A stretch of 64,000 nucleotides of DNA from Minisyncoccota bacterium (lineage in GTDB: Bacteria; Patescibacteriota; Minisyncoccia; Phycocordibacterales; JABAAK01), in the NCBI GenBank assembly GCA_958295675.1, contig OY282360.1, positions 52,133-116,132 on the forward strand, read 5' to 3'. This document shows, piece by piece, positions 31,333 through 41,444 of this stretch. Within the stretch, counting starts at the first letter, position 1; every line of letters starts with the position of its first letter. The notes under the pieces are model-generated. The model was not told the DNA's origin and searched no databases. It was given only the letters and a program-made list of their open reading frames with translations. The position numbers and the translations under genes were made by a program.

Positions 31333-31599
31333 TTACCTTCGCAGACCGAGTGTTTTGATGGTGTTCTCGTATATACCGTTACTCTTTCTTTTCAAATAAG
31401 AAAGGTGCTTACGCCGTCGCTCAACCAAACCGACCAATCCTCTGCGGGAATGCCTGTCTTTGTGATTATTTTTGAGATGATCACTCAATTTTTTGATACG
31501 CGCCGTCAGTATTGAAATCTGCACAGCGGAAGAGCCCGTGTCTGTATCACGAGTCCGTACCGCTGCTGCACTTGCTTGTTTTTCCTCTTTCGTAAGCAC
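31333..31599 (-). CDS. rpsO: 30S ribosomal protein S15
   Basis: 88 aa; …LTARIKKLSDHLKNNHKDRHSRRGLVGLVERRRKHLSYL…; likely GTG start at 31599. Confidence 0.85.
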   Translation of the reverse strand: MLTKEEKQASAAAVRTRDTDTGSSAVQISILTARIKKLSDHLKNNHKDRHSRRGLVGLVERRRKHLSYLKRKSNGIYENTIKTLGLRR

Positions 31600-31689
31600 A
31601 ATGCCAGTATATATGGGTGGTAAGGAATATGCAATAACACAAAACCTGTGCATCACACTGATGTGCAGAATGCATACTACAATATATAT

Positions 31690-32550
31690 ATGGAATTTTC
31701 CAAAGCAAAGCGGCAATTTCTGGAACATGTTGAGCTTGGGTTGGGGCGGTCAATTAAGACGGTTGAGAATTATGATCGCTATCTCACCACATTTGCCTCA
31801 ATAATGAAAGTAACAGACACAAACCAAATCACTGAGTCATTTATCCATACCTTCCGTCTCACACTAAACAGACGGGGGAATATGAAGAAAACGACGCAGA
31901 ATTACTATCTCATCGCACTACGGATGTTTCTTCGCCATTTGGAAAGCAACGGAGAACAATGTTTGTCGCCGACCGCGGTGGTGCTGGCGAAGACCGGCAT
32001 GCGGGATATTGATCTGATAACCGCGGATGAACTGAAACGCCTGTTTCAAACTGTATCCGGAGACACAACACAGGACATTCGTGATAGGGCAATTTTGGAG
32101 ACATTGTTTTCAACAGGGCTGCGCGTATCGGAATTGGTGTCGCTCACCCGCGACATTGATCTCTCCGCAAAAGAAGTGGTTGTGCGCGGCAAGGGTGAAA
32201 AGGTGCGCGTGGTTTTTTTCTCAGATTCGGCGGTGCGGGCTATACAAGCATACCAAAAGAAGAGAAAAGATATGTCCAGCGCGCTTTTTGCCGGTAGGAG
32301 CGATGCACAACTCACCGTTCGGTCTATTGAACGCATTGTCACTAAGCGCGCGCGCGAGGCGGGTATTACCAAAAAGGTAACACCGCATGTTCTGCGCCAC
32401 ATGTTCGCCACCACTCTGCTTGCGAACGGCGCGGATTTGCGCGCGGTGCAGGAAATGCTCGGGCATGCGCACATAGCGACAACGCAGGTCTATACACACA
32501 TCACAAATAAGCGGTTGAAAGATATTCATAAAAATTTTCACGGGTTGTAA
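31690..32550 (+). CDS. Tyrosine site-specific recombinase, XerC/XerD-like
   Basis: 287 aa from ATG 31690; catalytic region HVLRHMFATTLL … LGHAHIATTQVYTH (R-H-R-Y signature). Confidence 0.85.
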   Translation: MEFSKAKRQFLEHVELGLGRSIKTVENYDRYLTTFASIMKVTDTNQITESFIHTFRLTLNRRGNMKKTTQNYYLIALRMFLRHLESNGEQCLSPTAVVLAKTGMRDIDLITADELKRLFQTVSGDTTQDIRDRAILETLFSTGLRVSELVSLTRDIDLSAKEVVVRGKGEKVRVVFFSDSAVRAIQAYQKKRKDMSSALFAGRSDAQLTVRSIERIVTKRAREAGITKKVTPHVLRHMFATTLLANGADLRAVQEMLGHAHIATTQVYTHITNKRLKDIHKNFHGL

Positions 32551-32570
32551 GCGATGTATACTGACGGTGT

Positions 32571-33290
32571 ATGCGTCCTAAAACAGGCAATGGTTTTACA
32601 CTTATTGAACTGCTCATTGTGATTGCAATTCTCGGCATTTTGGTTGGTGTGGTTGTCGTCGCACTGTCCGGCAGTGGGACTGACACGGCAAGAATTAGTA
32701 ATACCATTCAGAATGCCGGTCGGGTGGAAATCTTCACCAAGCAACTGCATACACTCGGCTATGACGGCAATGCCATAGCGGCACGGATAAACAGTAATCC
32801 TGACTTTGCGACCTTCACAACAGCGGAAAAGGTGATAGGATCATACGGTTACATAATCAACTCGCTGGGCGGGAAAACATGCAATAGTGGTGTGGATAGT
32901 AGTGTGGGGGGTGGCAATAAAGAAGAAGTATATGAATTTTTGGAACATTTGGTGGGTGCATCGGCAGTGTTGGAGCATCATCCTGGTGGGACACTTCTGC
33001 AGAATGCCGAAATAAGCGTAATATGCTCGGCAGTTCGATCTGACTCAAGGCGTCTTTTCCTTATCGCTGTGAAAGTGGTTGACGACATTTGGTGGTGCTC
33101 GTCAAATTTTATATTCAACAAGTCTCATACACCGAGCGAAAAAAAATATCATAGTGGATTTTGGAATGGTTTCTATAGAACGGCACCATCAGGCAAGATA
33201 AATAAAGCATGTCACAATGCCAAAACACCTAGTAAGGACTCCACACTATTTGACGGCAGGCCGATACGGGACCACCAATCAAACTATTGA
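32571..33290 (+). CDS. Type IV pilin / pseudopilin with class III (prepilin peptidase) signal
   Basis: N-terminus MRPKTGNGFTLIELLIVIAILGIL: G|FTLIE cleavage/N-methylation motif followed by hydrophobic helix; 239 aa. Confidence 0.8.
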   Translation: MRPKTGNGFTLIELLIVIAILGILVGVVVVALSGSGTDTARISNTIQNAGRVEIFTKQLHTLGYDGNAIAARINSNPDFATFTTAEKVIGSYGYIINSLGGKTCNSGVDSSVGGGNKEEVYEFLEHLVGASAVLEHHPGGTLLQNAEISVICSAVRSDSRRLFLIAVKVVDDIWWCSSNFIFNKSHTPSEKKYHSGFWNGFYRTAPSGKINKACHNAKTPSKDSTLFDGRPIRDHQSNY

Positions 33291-33325
33291 ACACTGTGTT
33301 GCCGCAAATGCTACACTGCCTATAT

Positions 33326-34120
33326 ATGAAAATATATTCATGGAATGTAAACGGACTTCGGGCGGTACACAACAAAGGCGCACTGGACTCGTTCATAAAA
33401 AAAGAAAACCCTGACATTCTGCTGTTGCAGGAGATAAAAGTGAAGGAGGAGCAATTGAGCGATGCACTTACCGATGATTCTTTCATTCGCTGCTACAACC
33501 CTGCGGACAAAGCGGGATACTCAGGTGTCGCCATTTGGGTGCATCCGCGTAACAAAAAGATATTCAAGGAATTTTCAAAAGGTATGCCGCGCTGGAAAGA
33601 CGGTGAAGGACGGGTGGCGCAGTGTTCGTTGACAAACAAGACAGTCATTCTCTCCGTCTATGTACCGAACGGCGGCAAATCAGATGATGCGTATAAGGAT
33701 AAACTGCTGTTTTTCAACCTGCTCGCATCATACGCAAAAAAACTCCAGAAAGAGGGGCACAAGGTTATCATCGGCGGCGATTTTAATGTCGCGCGCAGCG
33801 AATTAGATCTTGCCGAGCCGGAAAAATTCAGAAACCATACCCACTTCAATGATGAGGTGCGGGCACACATGGAAAAACTCACAGCAGCCGGTCTTGTGGA
33901 TACCTACCGGACACGCAATCCGGACAAAGAAGGTGCGTACAGTTACTGGGACAACTTCAGTTTTTCACTTCCTCGCGGCACAAAACCCCGTGATGTAAAC
34001 AAGGGCTGGCGTCTTGACTACTTATTGGTTGATCCGTCTACAGACAAAAACATCAAAGAAGTTTCTATACACCAAAACATCTTCGGGTCGGATCACTGCC
34101 CTGTTTCAGTGCACCTATAG
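33326..34120 (+). CDS. xth: Exodeoxyribonuclease III (AP endonuclease, EEP family)
   Basis: MKIYSWNVNGLRA start motif, LLLQEIK, final SDHCPV; true ATG at 33326 (track ORF begins at an upstream TTG). Confidence 0.9.
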   Translation: MKIYSWNVNGLRAVHNKGALDSFIKKENPDILLLQEIKVKEEQLSDALTDDSFIRCYNPADKAGYSGVAIWVHPRNKKIFKEFSKGMPRWKDGEGRVAQCSLTNKTVILSVYVPNGGKSDDAYKDKLLFFNLLASYAKKLQKEGHKVIIGGDFNVARSELDLAEPEKFRNHTHFNDEVRAHMEKLTAAGLVDTYRTRNPDKEGAYSYWDNFSFSLPRGTKPRDVNKGWRLDYLLVDPSTDKNIKEVSIHQNIFGSDHCPVSVHL

Positions 34121-34126
34121 CGAACA

Positions 34127-35620
34127 TCACCGAACACCGTGTTTTTTGCGTATACTCATAATTTCTTCCTGTTCTTCCTCCATACGCCGCACCTTCCCTT
34201 TTTCACCAAGTGCCGCAAGTTTCTCGTCAGGCATTTGTGATAATTCCTTTGCGCGAACGAACAGCACCTCCTTCTCATTTTTTGTTGGATCTTCAAGCAC
34301 TTCGGCAAGCAGTGTATGCAGCATATAACCGATACGAGGTCCCGGTTTCATATCCAATTCCTTCATAAGCATGCTTCCGTCTATTACCAGTGTGCCGGGG
34401 GTAATCGGTTCTCGCAGCACTTCCTCCACCATTGCTGTGTACTTGCGCAGACGGTACGGCTGTTCTTTCGGACGACCGGTACCGATACGGTCGCACATAC
34501 GCAGATCAATCAAATCCCAAATATTTTGCGCGCCAACTCGTGCCACCATCCGCCGGACACCCGCCGCTGTAACTTGTTCTGTGTCCGAAAAAAACATGTG
34601 CCATCGCACCAGAAGTGATGCCATATCAACAATATCCTTTGAAAATCTCATACGCCGCAGAATCTTCCTCGCAACGCGCGCGCCGACAACTTCATGCGTG
34701 TAGAATGTCCAGTCCTGTTTCTCATTTGACCATTCGCGCGTTTCCGGTTTACTAATGTCGTGCAGCAGTGCGGCAAGCCGCAACTCAAGCGACAGCTCTT
34801 TCACCCGAGCGTGCTCAAGAGTGCGGACATTATGCTCAAACACATCGTACTTATGCGCCTGATTCTGTTCAATGGACACTCCGCGCAAAAGTTCAGGAAT
34901 AATATGCCGCATCAGTCCGATTTCTTTAAGCAGAAAAATACCCTCAGCGGGCTTGTCTGCCATTAGAATTTTCACAAATTCATCCCGCACCCGTTCCACA
35001 GCAATGACAGCGAGCGAATCAGCGTGTTTCCGTATCGCTTCTCCGGTTTTTTCTTCAATAGAGCCGTTTAGCTGGGTGGCAATGCGCACCGCCCGCATCA
35101 TGCGCAGCGCATCTTCATTAAACCGTTCTTCAGGGTTGCCGACTGCGCGTATGTGTCCGTTGTGCAGATCGGCAATCCCGTTGTGCAAATCAACCAATTC
35201 CTTAGTAATCGGGTTGTACGCCAATGCGTTTATAGTAAAATCCCGCCGCGACAAATCCTCTTCCAAAGAAACACCGAACATCACCGCATCCGGCCGTCTA
35301 TTGTCGCTATACCCTGTCTCCTTTCTGTACGGCGTCACCTCTATGAGATTTTGAGCAGGATCTTTAATATCGTCAAACACCACACCAACTGTGCCGTAAT
35401 CATTCTCATAAACAGTGTGATCAAACAAATCCTGTATCTGCTCGGGTGTCGCATTAGTGGTGAAGTCCCAGTCAGCAACCGGATACTTCATAATCATGCC
35501 GCGAACACATCCGCCGATAATGTACGCATCAAAACCGGCATTGTGCAGCGTTTCAGCGACGGAAAGCACATGCTTCGGAACATCAAGATCAACAATATTT
35601 TTTGTTTCTTGTTTTGCCAT
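34127..35620 (-). CDS. cca: tRNA nucleotidyltransferase (CCA-adding)/poly(A) polymerase family with HD domain
   Basis: GGCVRGMIM…DWDF pol-beta nucleotidyltransferase head; HD-domain in C-terminal half. Confidence 0.85.
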   Translation of the reverse strand: MAKQETKNIVDLDVPKHVLSVAETLHNAGFDAYIIGGCVRGMIMKYPVADWDFTTNATPEQIQDLFDHTVYENDYGTVGVVFDDIKDPAQNLIEVTPYRKETGYSDNRRPDAVMFGVSLEEDLSRRDFTINALAYNPITKELVDLHNGIADLHNGHIRAVGNPEERFNEDALRMMRAVRIATQLNGSIEEKTGEAIRKHADSLAVIAVERVRDEFVKILMADKPAEGIFLLKEIGLMRHIIPELLRGVSIEQNQAHKYDVFEHNVRTLEHARVKELSLELRLAALLHDISKPETREWSNEKQDWTFYTHEVVGARVARKILRRMRFSKDIVDMASLLVRWHMFFSDTEQVTAAGVRRMVARVGAQNIWDLIDLRMCDRIGTGRPKEQPYRLRKYTAMVEEVLREPITPGTLVIDGSMLMKELDMKPGPRIGYMLHTLLAEVLEDPTKNEKEVLFVRAKELSQMPDEKLAALGEKGKVRRMEEEQEEIMSIRKKHGVR

Positions 35621-35680
35621 ATATACAGTATATAGTTATTTGTCCGTGAACTGTAAAAACTGCTACACTGTGTGCTACAT

Positions 35681-35754
35681 GCGCCCGTAGCTCAGCTGGA
35701 CAGAGCGCCCGGCTTCGGACCGGGAGGTCGTGGGTTCAAATCCTACCGGGCGTG
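35681..35754 (+). tRNA. tRNA-Arg (anticodon TCG)
   Basis: Manual cloverleaf: acceptor GCGCCCG/CGGGCGT, D arm GCTC…GAGC, anticodon stem CCCGG/CCGGG with loop CTTCGGA, T arm GTGGG-TTCAAAT-CCTAC; 74 nt, no encoded CCA. Confidence 0.8.
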
Positions 35755-35798
35755 CTGAACACAAAAAACAATATACGAAAGCGTGATACAGTACCAGT

Positions 35799-37484
35799 AT
35801 GCAGAGCAAGCGCATAGGAGAAAAAGAGTTTAGTGCGGCACCATATTGGGCAGATGCCGTCGCCGATATCCTCATCGCTGCGCATCCGGACAAAAAAACA
35901 TTTGTCTGCGCCGCGGGCATTAGTCCCTCCGGATCGGTTCATTTCGGTAATTTCAGGGAAATTGTCACTTCATTCGCGGTCGCACAGGCACTCAAAGATA
36001 AAGGAAAAAAAGCGGAGTTAATATTTTCATGGGACAATTTTGACCGATTCAGAAAGGTGCCGGCAGGTATTCCAAAGGAATACGAGCAATATGTCGGCAA
36101 GCCGCTTTCAGGTATTCCATCCGCAAATAATACAAATGAATCGTATGCCGAAGTATACCAGAAAGAATTTCAGGATGCGATGAAAGAATTTGCAATCTCG
36201 ATTATTTATAAAGATCAAACAAAACTTTACACAGCAGGCACCTATGACCGCCACATTATTACCGCGATACAGAAACGAAAAGAGATAGCGGACATTCTGC
36301 TCGCGCACATGACGGATAAAGGAAAGGAACTGAAAGGTATCAGCGACCGTGAATACCGGGAATCCTACTACCCAATATCGGTATATTCGCGGTTTACAGG
36401 CAAGGATGCGACAGAGATTCTCTCATGTGACAATACAACTATCCGCTATCGCTGTAAAATCACAAAGGAGGAGGAGGAGATAGATTTCACACAAACACAT
36501 ATTGTGAAACTGAATTGGAAAATAGATTGGGCGATGCGCTGGATGCACGAGGATGTGTGTTTTGAGCCGGCAGGCAGCGATCACGCCGCGCCAAATGGCA
36601 GCTATGATGTTTCATCAGAAGTAGCGAGAAAGATATTCAACACAGAGCCGCCAATGTTCACCGAGTTCGGCTTCGTCGGACTGCGCGGTCTCGGCACCAA
36701 AATGTCCGGATCGTCGGGAAAAAATATCACACCGGCAATACTTCTCACCATCTACGAACCGGCACTACTGCTGTGGATGTATCTCCGTCGTCTTCCGAAA
36801 CAAACCTTTTCCCTCGCATTTGACACTGAAGTGTATAGGCAATACGATGAAATGGATAAAATATTTCGCATGCCGAAAGCAAATCGGTTAAAACATCTAT
36901 TAAAAATAAAAAAAGCGAATATCAACCGAACAGACGGCGCGGAAAAACGGGTAGCAGAAATGCTGAAAAAAATACACAGTATCAGCAGAAACCCAATTCC
37001 TTTCCGCCAGTTGGTGGGACTTGCACAAATTATTCAATGGGATGAAGCCAAACTCGGCAAACTGCTTGTGGCATCAGGACAATCGTTTGATTCTGAGACA
37101 ATCCGCGCCCGCTTACCGAAAGCGAAAACATGGGTTACTGAATATAACACGGATGCACTTGTCACTCTTCGGACTGAGGTAAACACAGAAGCATGGAAAG
37201 AGATAGATGAAGAAAACAGAGAATACATTCGTCAGCTTGGGGAATATATACAGCAGTACGGAACCGGCAATATACAAGAAACAGAGAAATTTCTCTACAA
37301 TCTTCCCAAAGTGCAGTACACAAATGAAAACGATTTAAAAAAAGCGCAACGAACCTTATTCAAACATATATATCGTCTTCTGATCGGTAAGGATGCCGGT
37401 CCGCGGCTCAGCACATTCCTTTGGTCTGTATCCGCAAAACAATTACTGCACCTTTTTTCATTTAATCAGGTGGAGGAACTTTAA
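35799..37484 (+). CDS. lysK: Lysine--tRNA ligase, class I (archaeal-type LysK)
   Basis: HIGH-type motif SGSVHFGNFRE, WDNFDRFRKVP (matches class I LysRS), KMSGS (KMSKS). Confidence 0.8.
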   Translation: MQSKRIGEKEFSAAPYWADAVADILIAAHPDKKTFVCAAGISPSGSVHFGNFREIVTSFAVAQALKDKGKKAELIFSWDNFDRFRKVPAGIPKEYEQYVGKPLSGIPSANNTNESYAEVYQKEFQDAMKEFAISIIYKDQTKLYTAGTYDRHIITAIQKRKEIADILLAHMTDKGKELKGISDREYRESYYPISVYSRFTGKDATEILSCDNTTIRYRCKITKEEEEIDFTQTHIVKLNWKIDWAMRWMHEDVCFEPAGSDHAAPNGSYDVSSEVARKIFNTEPPMFTEFGFVGLRGLGTKMSGSSGKNITPAILLTIYEPALLLWMYLRRLPKQTFSLAFDTEVYRQYDEMDKIFRMPKANRLKHLLKIKKANINRTDGAEKRVAEMLKKIHSISRNPIPFRQLVGLAQIIQWDEAKLGKLLVASGQSFDSETIRARLPKAKTWVTEYNTDALVTLRTEVNTEAWKEIDEENREYIRQLGEYIQQYGTGNIQETEKFLYNLPKVQYTNENDLKKAQRTLFKHIYRLLIGKDAGPRLSTFLWSVSAKQLLHLFSFNQVEEL

Positions 37485-37504
37485 AAAATGTATTCCATTG
37501 CCGG

Positions 37505-38473
37505 CTATTCTTTCAAATGTTTTTCAACAATTGAAACAACTTGATCAACACTAAGTTGTGAATCAACACCCTGCGGACTACCTCCGATAGTCGGCGATCC
37601 TCCCCACCCCGGCTCTAATTCATTGAGTTCCATAAGTGCTGCTTTAATATCTGCAAACTTCTTTTCAAAAGTGCAGACAGTGAACTTCTTGTATGGATCT
37701 TTTCCGTGCTGTTTGAAGGAGGGATTCAACGCAACAACAACCGGAGCGAGAGAATATCCGACAGTTGTTCCGGCTCGGTGTGTACTCTCCACAAATGCAA
37801 TTCTGCCGTCCGCTCTGGTTTCATAAGTAATATCACCATTTTCCAGCGCCTTTACCATATCCAATTTTTCTTCATGCACCTGCTTGCGGTATATTTCTGA
37901 TTCATTGCCGGTTTTTAACCACTCTTTCATTGATGCAACACGATCGGCAAGCGGTACCTTGAAGTCTGATATTTCCGCAGCAATCGCAGCAAGCACTTCT
38001 TCATTCTGATTATTCCATAATGTTTCTTGTGTGGGCAGCGGTTTCGGTCCGAGGTACCCTCCTTGTGCGAATTTATCAGAATCAGCAATGATTTTTACTC
38101 GTTCCATCGCTGCGTCATCAAGGACTCCGTCTTCAGATCGAATTGTAAATACAGCCATTGCGCCAACCGAATCAAGGTCAGCACGAACAGTGGCGAATAA
38201 GGCATCTTGAGGTGGGGTTTCAAATATAACAGCTTCCTCAATGGCGGCTGTGTCAGAATCCCCACCTGTGTGTTGGGGATCAATATTCACAACACAACGC
38301 TCCGCAAGTTCCGGTACAGTGACCTCAATACCGTATACATTATTACTTTCAAACACTTGATCATTATGCTCCCTTGCAGCCGGTATTGGTCTGGGGTCAA
38401 GTACTGCAAACGAATAAAAAGATGGTTTTTCCCGTTGCTCTTTATTTCCAAAATTATCAAATTTATTTTCCAT
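37505..38473 (-). CDS. Hypothetical protein (no recognisable domain; GC higher than the adjacent cassette)
   Basis: ~323 aa from MENKFDNF; acidic; ends at the left edge of the AT-rich cassette. Confidence 0.5.
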   Translation of the reverse strand: MENKFDNFGNKEQREKPSFYSFAVLDPRPIPAAREHNDQVFESNNVYGIEVTVPELAERCVVNIDPQHTGGDSDTAAIEEAVIFETPPQDALFATVRADLDSVGAMAVFTIRSEDGVLDDAAMERVKIIADSDKFAQGGYLGPKPLPTQETLWNNQNEEVLAAIAAEISDFKVPLADRVASMKEWLKTGNESEIYRKQVHEEKLDMVKALENGDITYETRADGRIAFVESTHRAGTTVGYSLAPVVVALNPSFKQHGKDPYKKFTVCTFEKKFADIKAALMELNELEPGWGGSPTIGGSPQGVDSQLSVDQVVSIVEKHLKE

Positions 38474-38599
38474 ATATACATCATAATAACACGCAAAACT
38501 CAAGACAGAATATATAAAAAACAATAAATGGATTTCTATAGATATCCAGGGTGCCGTTCAGGCGATTATGCTCGAACTATAGCACGAAAGTTGAAAGAG

Positions 38600-38760
38600 T
38601 ATTTTGAGAACAACACGCGCGCTCAGTAAGCACGAGAACTAGTCGCTCCGCCCTCCCGTGCCAATCACCGCTGTTATTTTCTTTTTCCATTCAATCCGTC
38701 CACTCCGTTTTTCCCACTCTGTCCTTTTGCTCCGCAAAAGTTCGAATCTGGAAATGCTTT
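38600..38760. repeat. Left copy of a ~130-nt imperfect inverted repeat flanking the AT-rich cassette
   Basis: CGCGCTCAGTAAGCACGAGAACTAGTCGCTCCGC…CTCCCGTGCCAATCACCGCTGTTATTTTCTTTTTCC is the reverse complement (roughly 80-85% by eye) of 43895-44025. Confidence 0.6.
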
Positions 38761-38776
38761 ATTATCTGTAGTATAA

Positions 38777-39691
38777 TTAGGCATCATCAAGATTATATTG
38801 TTTTAGTAATTCAACTCTCCAGTTAATAACTAGATTATTAAAAATCTCTACGCAATATTTTGTTAAAACCGTTTCTTCTAATAGAAATAAATTTGTATCA
38901 TAACACCTTTGTGTACGCGAATACTTATAATCTAATATACATTCCTCTTCCTCTCTTCTGATGTCTCCAATTTCAAATATAGATAATACACTAATAAAAT
39001 AATCTGTTAGAACAGTTTCTCCAAGAGGTTCAGACATGCTTAATCCAAGGTTTGGATTTCCAAATGGAGCTTGTGTTGGCATTATCTTATTCTTGTTCGT
39101 TTTTTGAATAAAATAATACCTTTCTACCCTAAAATTTATAAAAGAAAAAACTGTTTTTAATATCTGTTCATCAGTCATACTTTTTTTAAAAAAACTCTTT
39201 TTTGCCGCCATTTCTGATTGTACAAGAGTATTTAATTGTTCATTGAGTGTTTTAAATACTGATTCCTTAACAGACTTTTTCTCTTTCCGCTTTTTACACA
39301 AATTTTCTATGGTCATGTCATTCATAAAAACTTGCAACGCAAGGCTTTCAAAATAAATTAACAATCTTTGTTCTCTATCAGAGTATTTAAATTTAGTATT
39401 TTTAGGAGCTCGCATATCTTTTAGCATCTTATTGTGAAATTCCTTTATCTTTGCAGCGGAATTGCTTAATGAAATTGCGTGAGCACGTGAAATATGCATG
39501 AGAATAATTGCAAAATCATTTAAAGAAATACTTCCTTCCTCTTTTGCAGAATTCATTGTTTTTTTGAGAAAGTGGAAATTCTTTCTTGTCCCTTCAAGAT
39601 CAAACTTCACTCTAATTAATTTTTTTCGCCAATCTTTGAGCAAGTCAGCGCATTTTAACTCTGTTTTGTTTATGTTATCTCTTGTCTTCAT
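38777..39691 (-). CDS. Hypothetical protein of AT-rich cassette (possible abortive-infection/defense accessory)
   Basis: 304 aa, K-rich helical, no motif recognised; markedly lower GC than the chromosome backbone. Confidence 0.55.
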   Translation of the reverse strand: MKTRDNINKTELKCADLLKDWRKKLIRVKFDLEGTRKNFHFLKKTMNSAKEEGSISLNDFAIILMHISRAHAISLSNSAAKIKEFHNKMLKDMRAPKNTKFKYSDREQRLLIYFESLALQVFMNDMTIENLCKKRKEKKSVKESVFKTLNEQLNTLVQSEMAAKKSFFKKSMTDEQILKTVFSFINFRVERYYFIQKTNKNKIMPTQAPFGNPNLGLSMSEPLGETVLTDYFISVLSIFEIGDIRREEEECILDYKYSRTQRCYDTNLFLLEETVLTKYCVEIFNNLVINWRVELLKQYNLDDA

Positions 39692-39785
39692 AACTGAAAG
39701 GAAATTGCAGATACATAAAATATACCATATCTATTCTTTCGCACTGGGTCAGCGCCTACGATACCTCTAAGAAAAAGAAATTATA

Positions 39786-41258
39786 TCATGATGCTACAGA
39801 AGCTGACACTTTCTTTCTTGCGTCAATCAAAACAATATTTTCATCTTTTTCTAGACCAATCTCTTCTAGAATTTTAATAACTCTTTCATATTCACTTTTC
39901 TCAAAAAATAATATAACTGTAAAACCATTAAATGTTCTGTTTGCTCTTTTGTATATTTCTACCTGTTTTTGTAAATTTTGCTTTAATTTTTTATTTTTTG
40001 CAAGTTTAAATTCAACCAATGTCTTGTCTCTCTTGCTCGAGATAGTAAAATCAACTGAACCTCGACCATTATTCACCTCACGGTTTACATCAAAATCAGA
40101 ATTGTAACATGTCAAATGGAATAATAGTTGAAGATCTCTTTCATTGCTGATACATCCATCTTCACGATAGAAAAGCTTATATCCGTCCATGTTTTCTATA
40201 AAATCTTTCAGAATAAGAATCCTTTTCTTTGCCTCATGATAACTTCTCACTGGCTTATAAAAACCAAGGTTTTGTAATCGCCCAATCAGAGATTGTGCAT
40301 TTTCTACAAAGAAGGTATCAGAATAATCAACCTTTTGTTGACTGATATTTATTGCTTGGTCACCATTTTCTTCCTTATATTTTATGTAGTAATCAAAGAG
40401 CTCCGGAAACCTAATGAAAGTTGATCGTATCGCTGTATTCCTTTCTTCCTTTTTCATCTCCCTATTTCCTCTTTCGTACTGTTTTATACGATTTTTATAG
40501 TAATTATTTATTTGATGGCGTAGTTGAGCATTATCAATAGTACTTGGTATTTCTGTAAAATCTTCAATCAGACCTTTTCTATTAATCCATACATCATCTT
40601 TGGTCAATATATCTACTGGCGTTAAAATGACATAGTCATTTTCAAATTTTGGCAAGATAAAATTTTTTTCTGCCCACACTTCCGTATCATAGTTAAAATA
40701 AGATTTCTTGACCCTGAAAGTTCTCGTTAGTCTTTTGTCAATGTATCGTTTTGTAAATTTTTGGGTGTATTCAAGTAAAAAATGCTTGATTAAATTGGTA
40801 ACAAAATCACTTATATTATCCCTACCAACGCCATCCTTAACCAAGCACAATTTTTCTAAATGCGCCCCTCTCGTTATATTTTCTTCACCAAAATTTTGAA
40901 AAACAGTATTTAAATTTCCGTGCAGAGCTTCTGCAAATTTCATTCCGAGTGCGTGTCCTTTGTTTCCGATCACAGAATAACCAAGCCAGTTTTGCTGAAC
41001 CTCACTGAACATATACCATGACTTCATTTTGCCAACATCTACTTCTTCAGAAGATTTGTCTTTCACGAAAATTAAATATTTGATTATTTCATTGTGTAAT
41101 TTTTGATATTCTTCCTTTTCGCTATTAAAAAGAAGGAAAGGATCAATAAAAAGAGGTAAATCAGTAATAAGGGATATATTAAATGCTCCATATTCTTTGA
41201 GATCGTCTTTTTTTACATTAAAATAGTCTGAAAAGTGGGGTTTCACATGCTTGTGCAT
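39786..41258 (-). CDS. Hypothetical protein with C-terminal PD-(D/E)xK-like nuclease motif
   Basis: 490 aa; C-terminal …GRGSVDFTISSKRDKTLVEFKLAKN fits D…(D/E)xK spacing of restriction-endonuclease-like fold; N-terminal 380 aa unassigned. Confidence 0.5.
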   Translation of the reverse strand: MHKHVKPHFSDYFNVKKDDLKEYGAFNISLITDLPLFIDPFLLFNSEKEEYQKLHNEIIKYLIFVKDKSSEEVDVGKMKSWYMFSEVQQNWLGYSVIGNKGHALGMKFAEALHGNLNTVFQNFGEENITRGAHLEKLCLVKDGVGRDNISDFVTNLIKHFLLEYTQKFTKRYIDKRLTRTFRVKKSYFNYDTEVWAEKNFILPKFENDYVILTPVDILTKDDVWINRKGLIEDFTEIPSTIDNAQLRHQINNYYKNRIKQYERGNREMKKEERNTAIRSTFIRFPELFDYYIKYKEENGDQAINISQQKVDYSDTFFVENAQSLIGRLQNLGFYKPVRSYHEAKKRILILKDFIENMDGYKLFYREDGCISNERDLQLLFHLTCYNSDFDVNREVNNGRGSVDFTISSKRDKTLVEFKLAKNKKLKQNLQKQVEIYKRANRTFNGFTVILFFEKSEYERVIKILEEIGLEKDENIVLIDARKKVSASVAS

Positions 41259-41444
41259 ATGATATTATTATATCAAAACTGTCCTGTCAGGGCTTATTTC
41301 TCTTGCTTGTGATTGATTCAGGATTTTCTTCTGAATATATAAGGTTTGAAATACATAGTTCATTTTCTTTTTTCTTCATATCAACATTCTTCATTGCCCT
41401 GTTGTATCCTGTATGTTAGGCATTGAGGAGCCATCTTTTTCATT

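Noticed and set aside
38740-38760. AGTTCGAATCT resembling a tRNA T-loop, considered as a partial tRNA or att site duplicate
   Set aside because: Flanking bases cannot form a T-stem and orientation is opposite to tRNA-Gly(TCC); no convincing direct repeat of the tRNA 3' end found.
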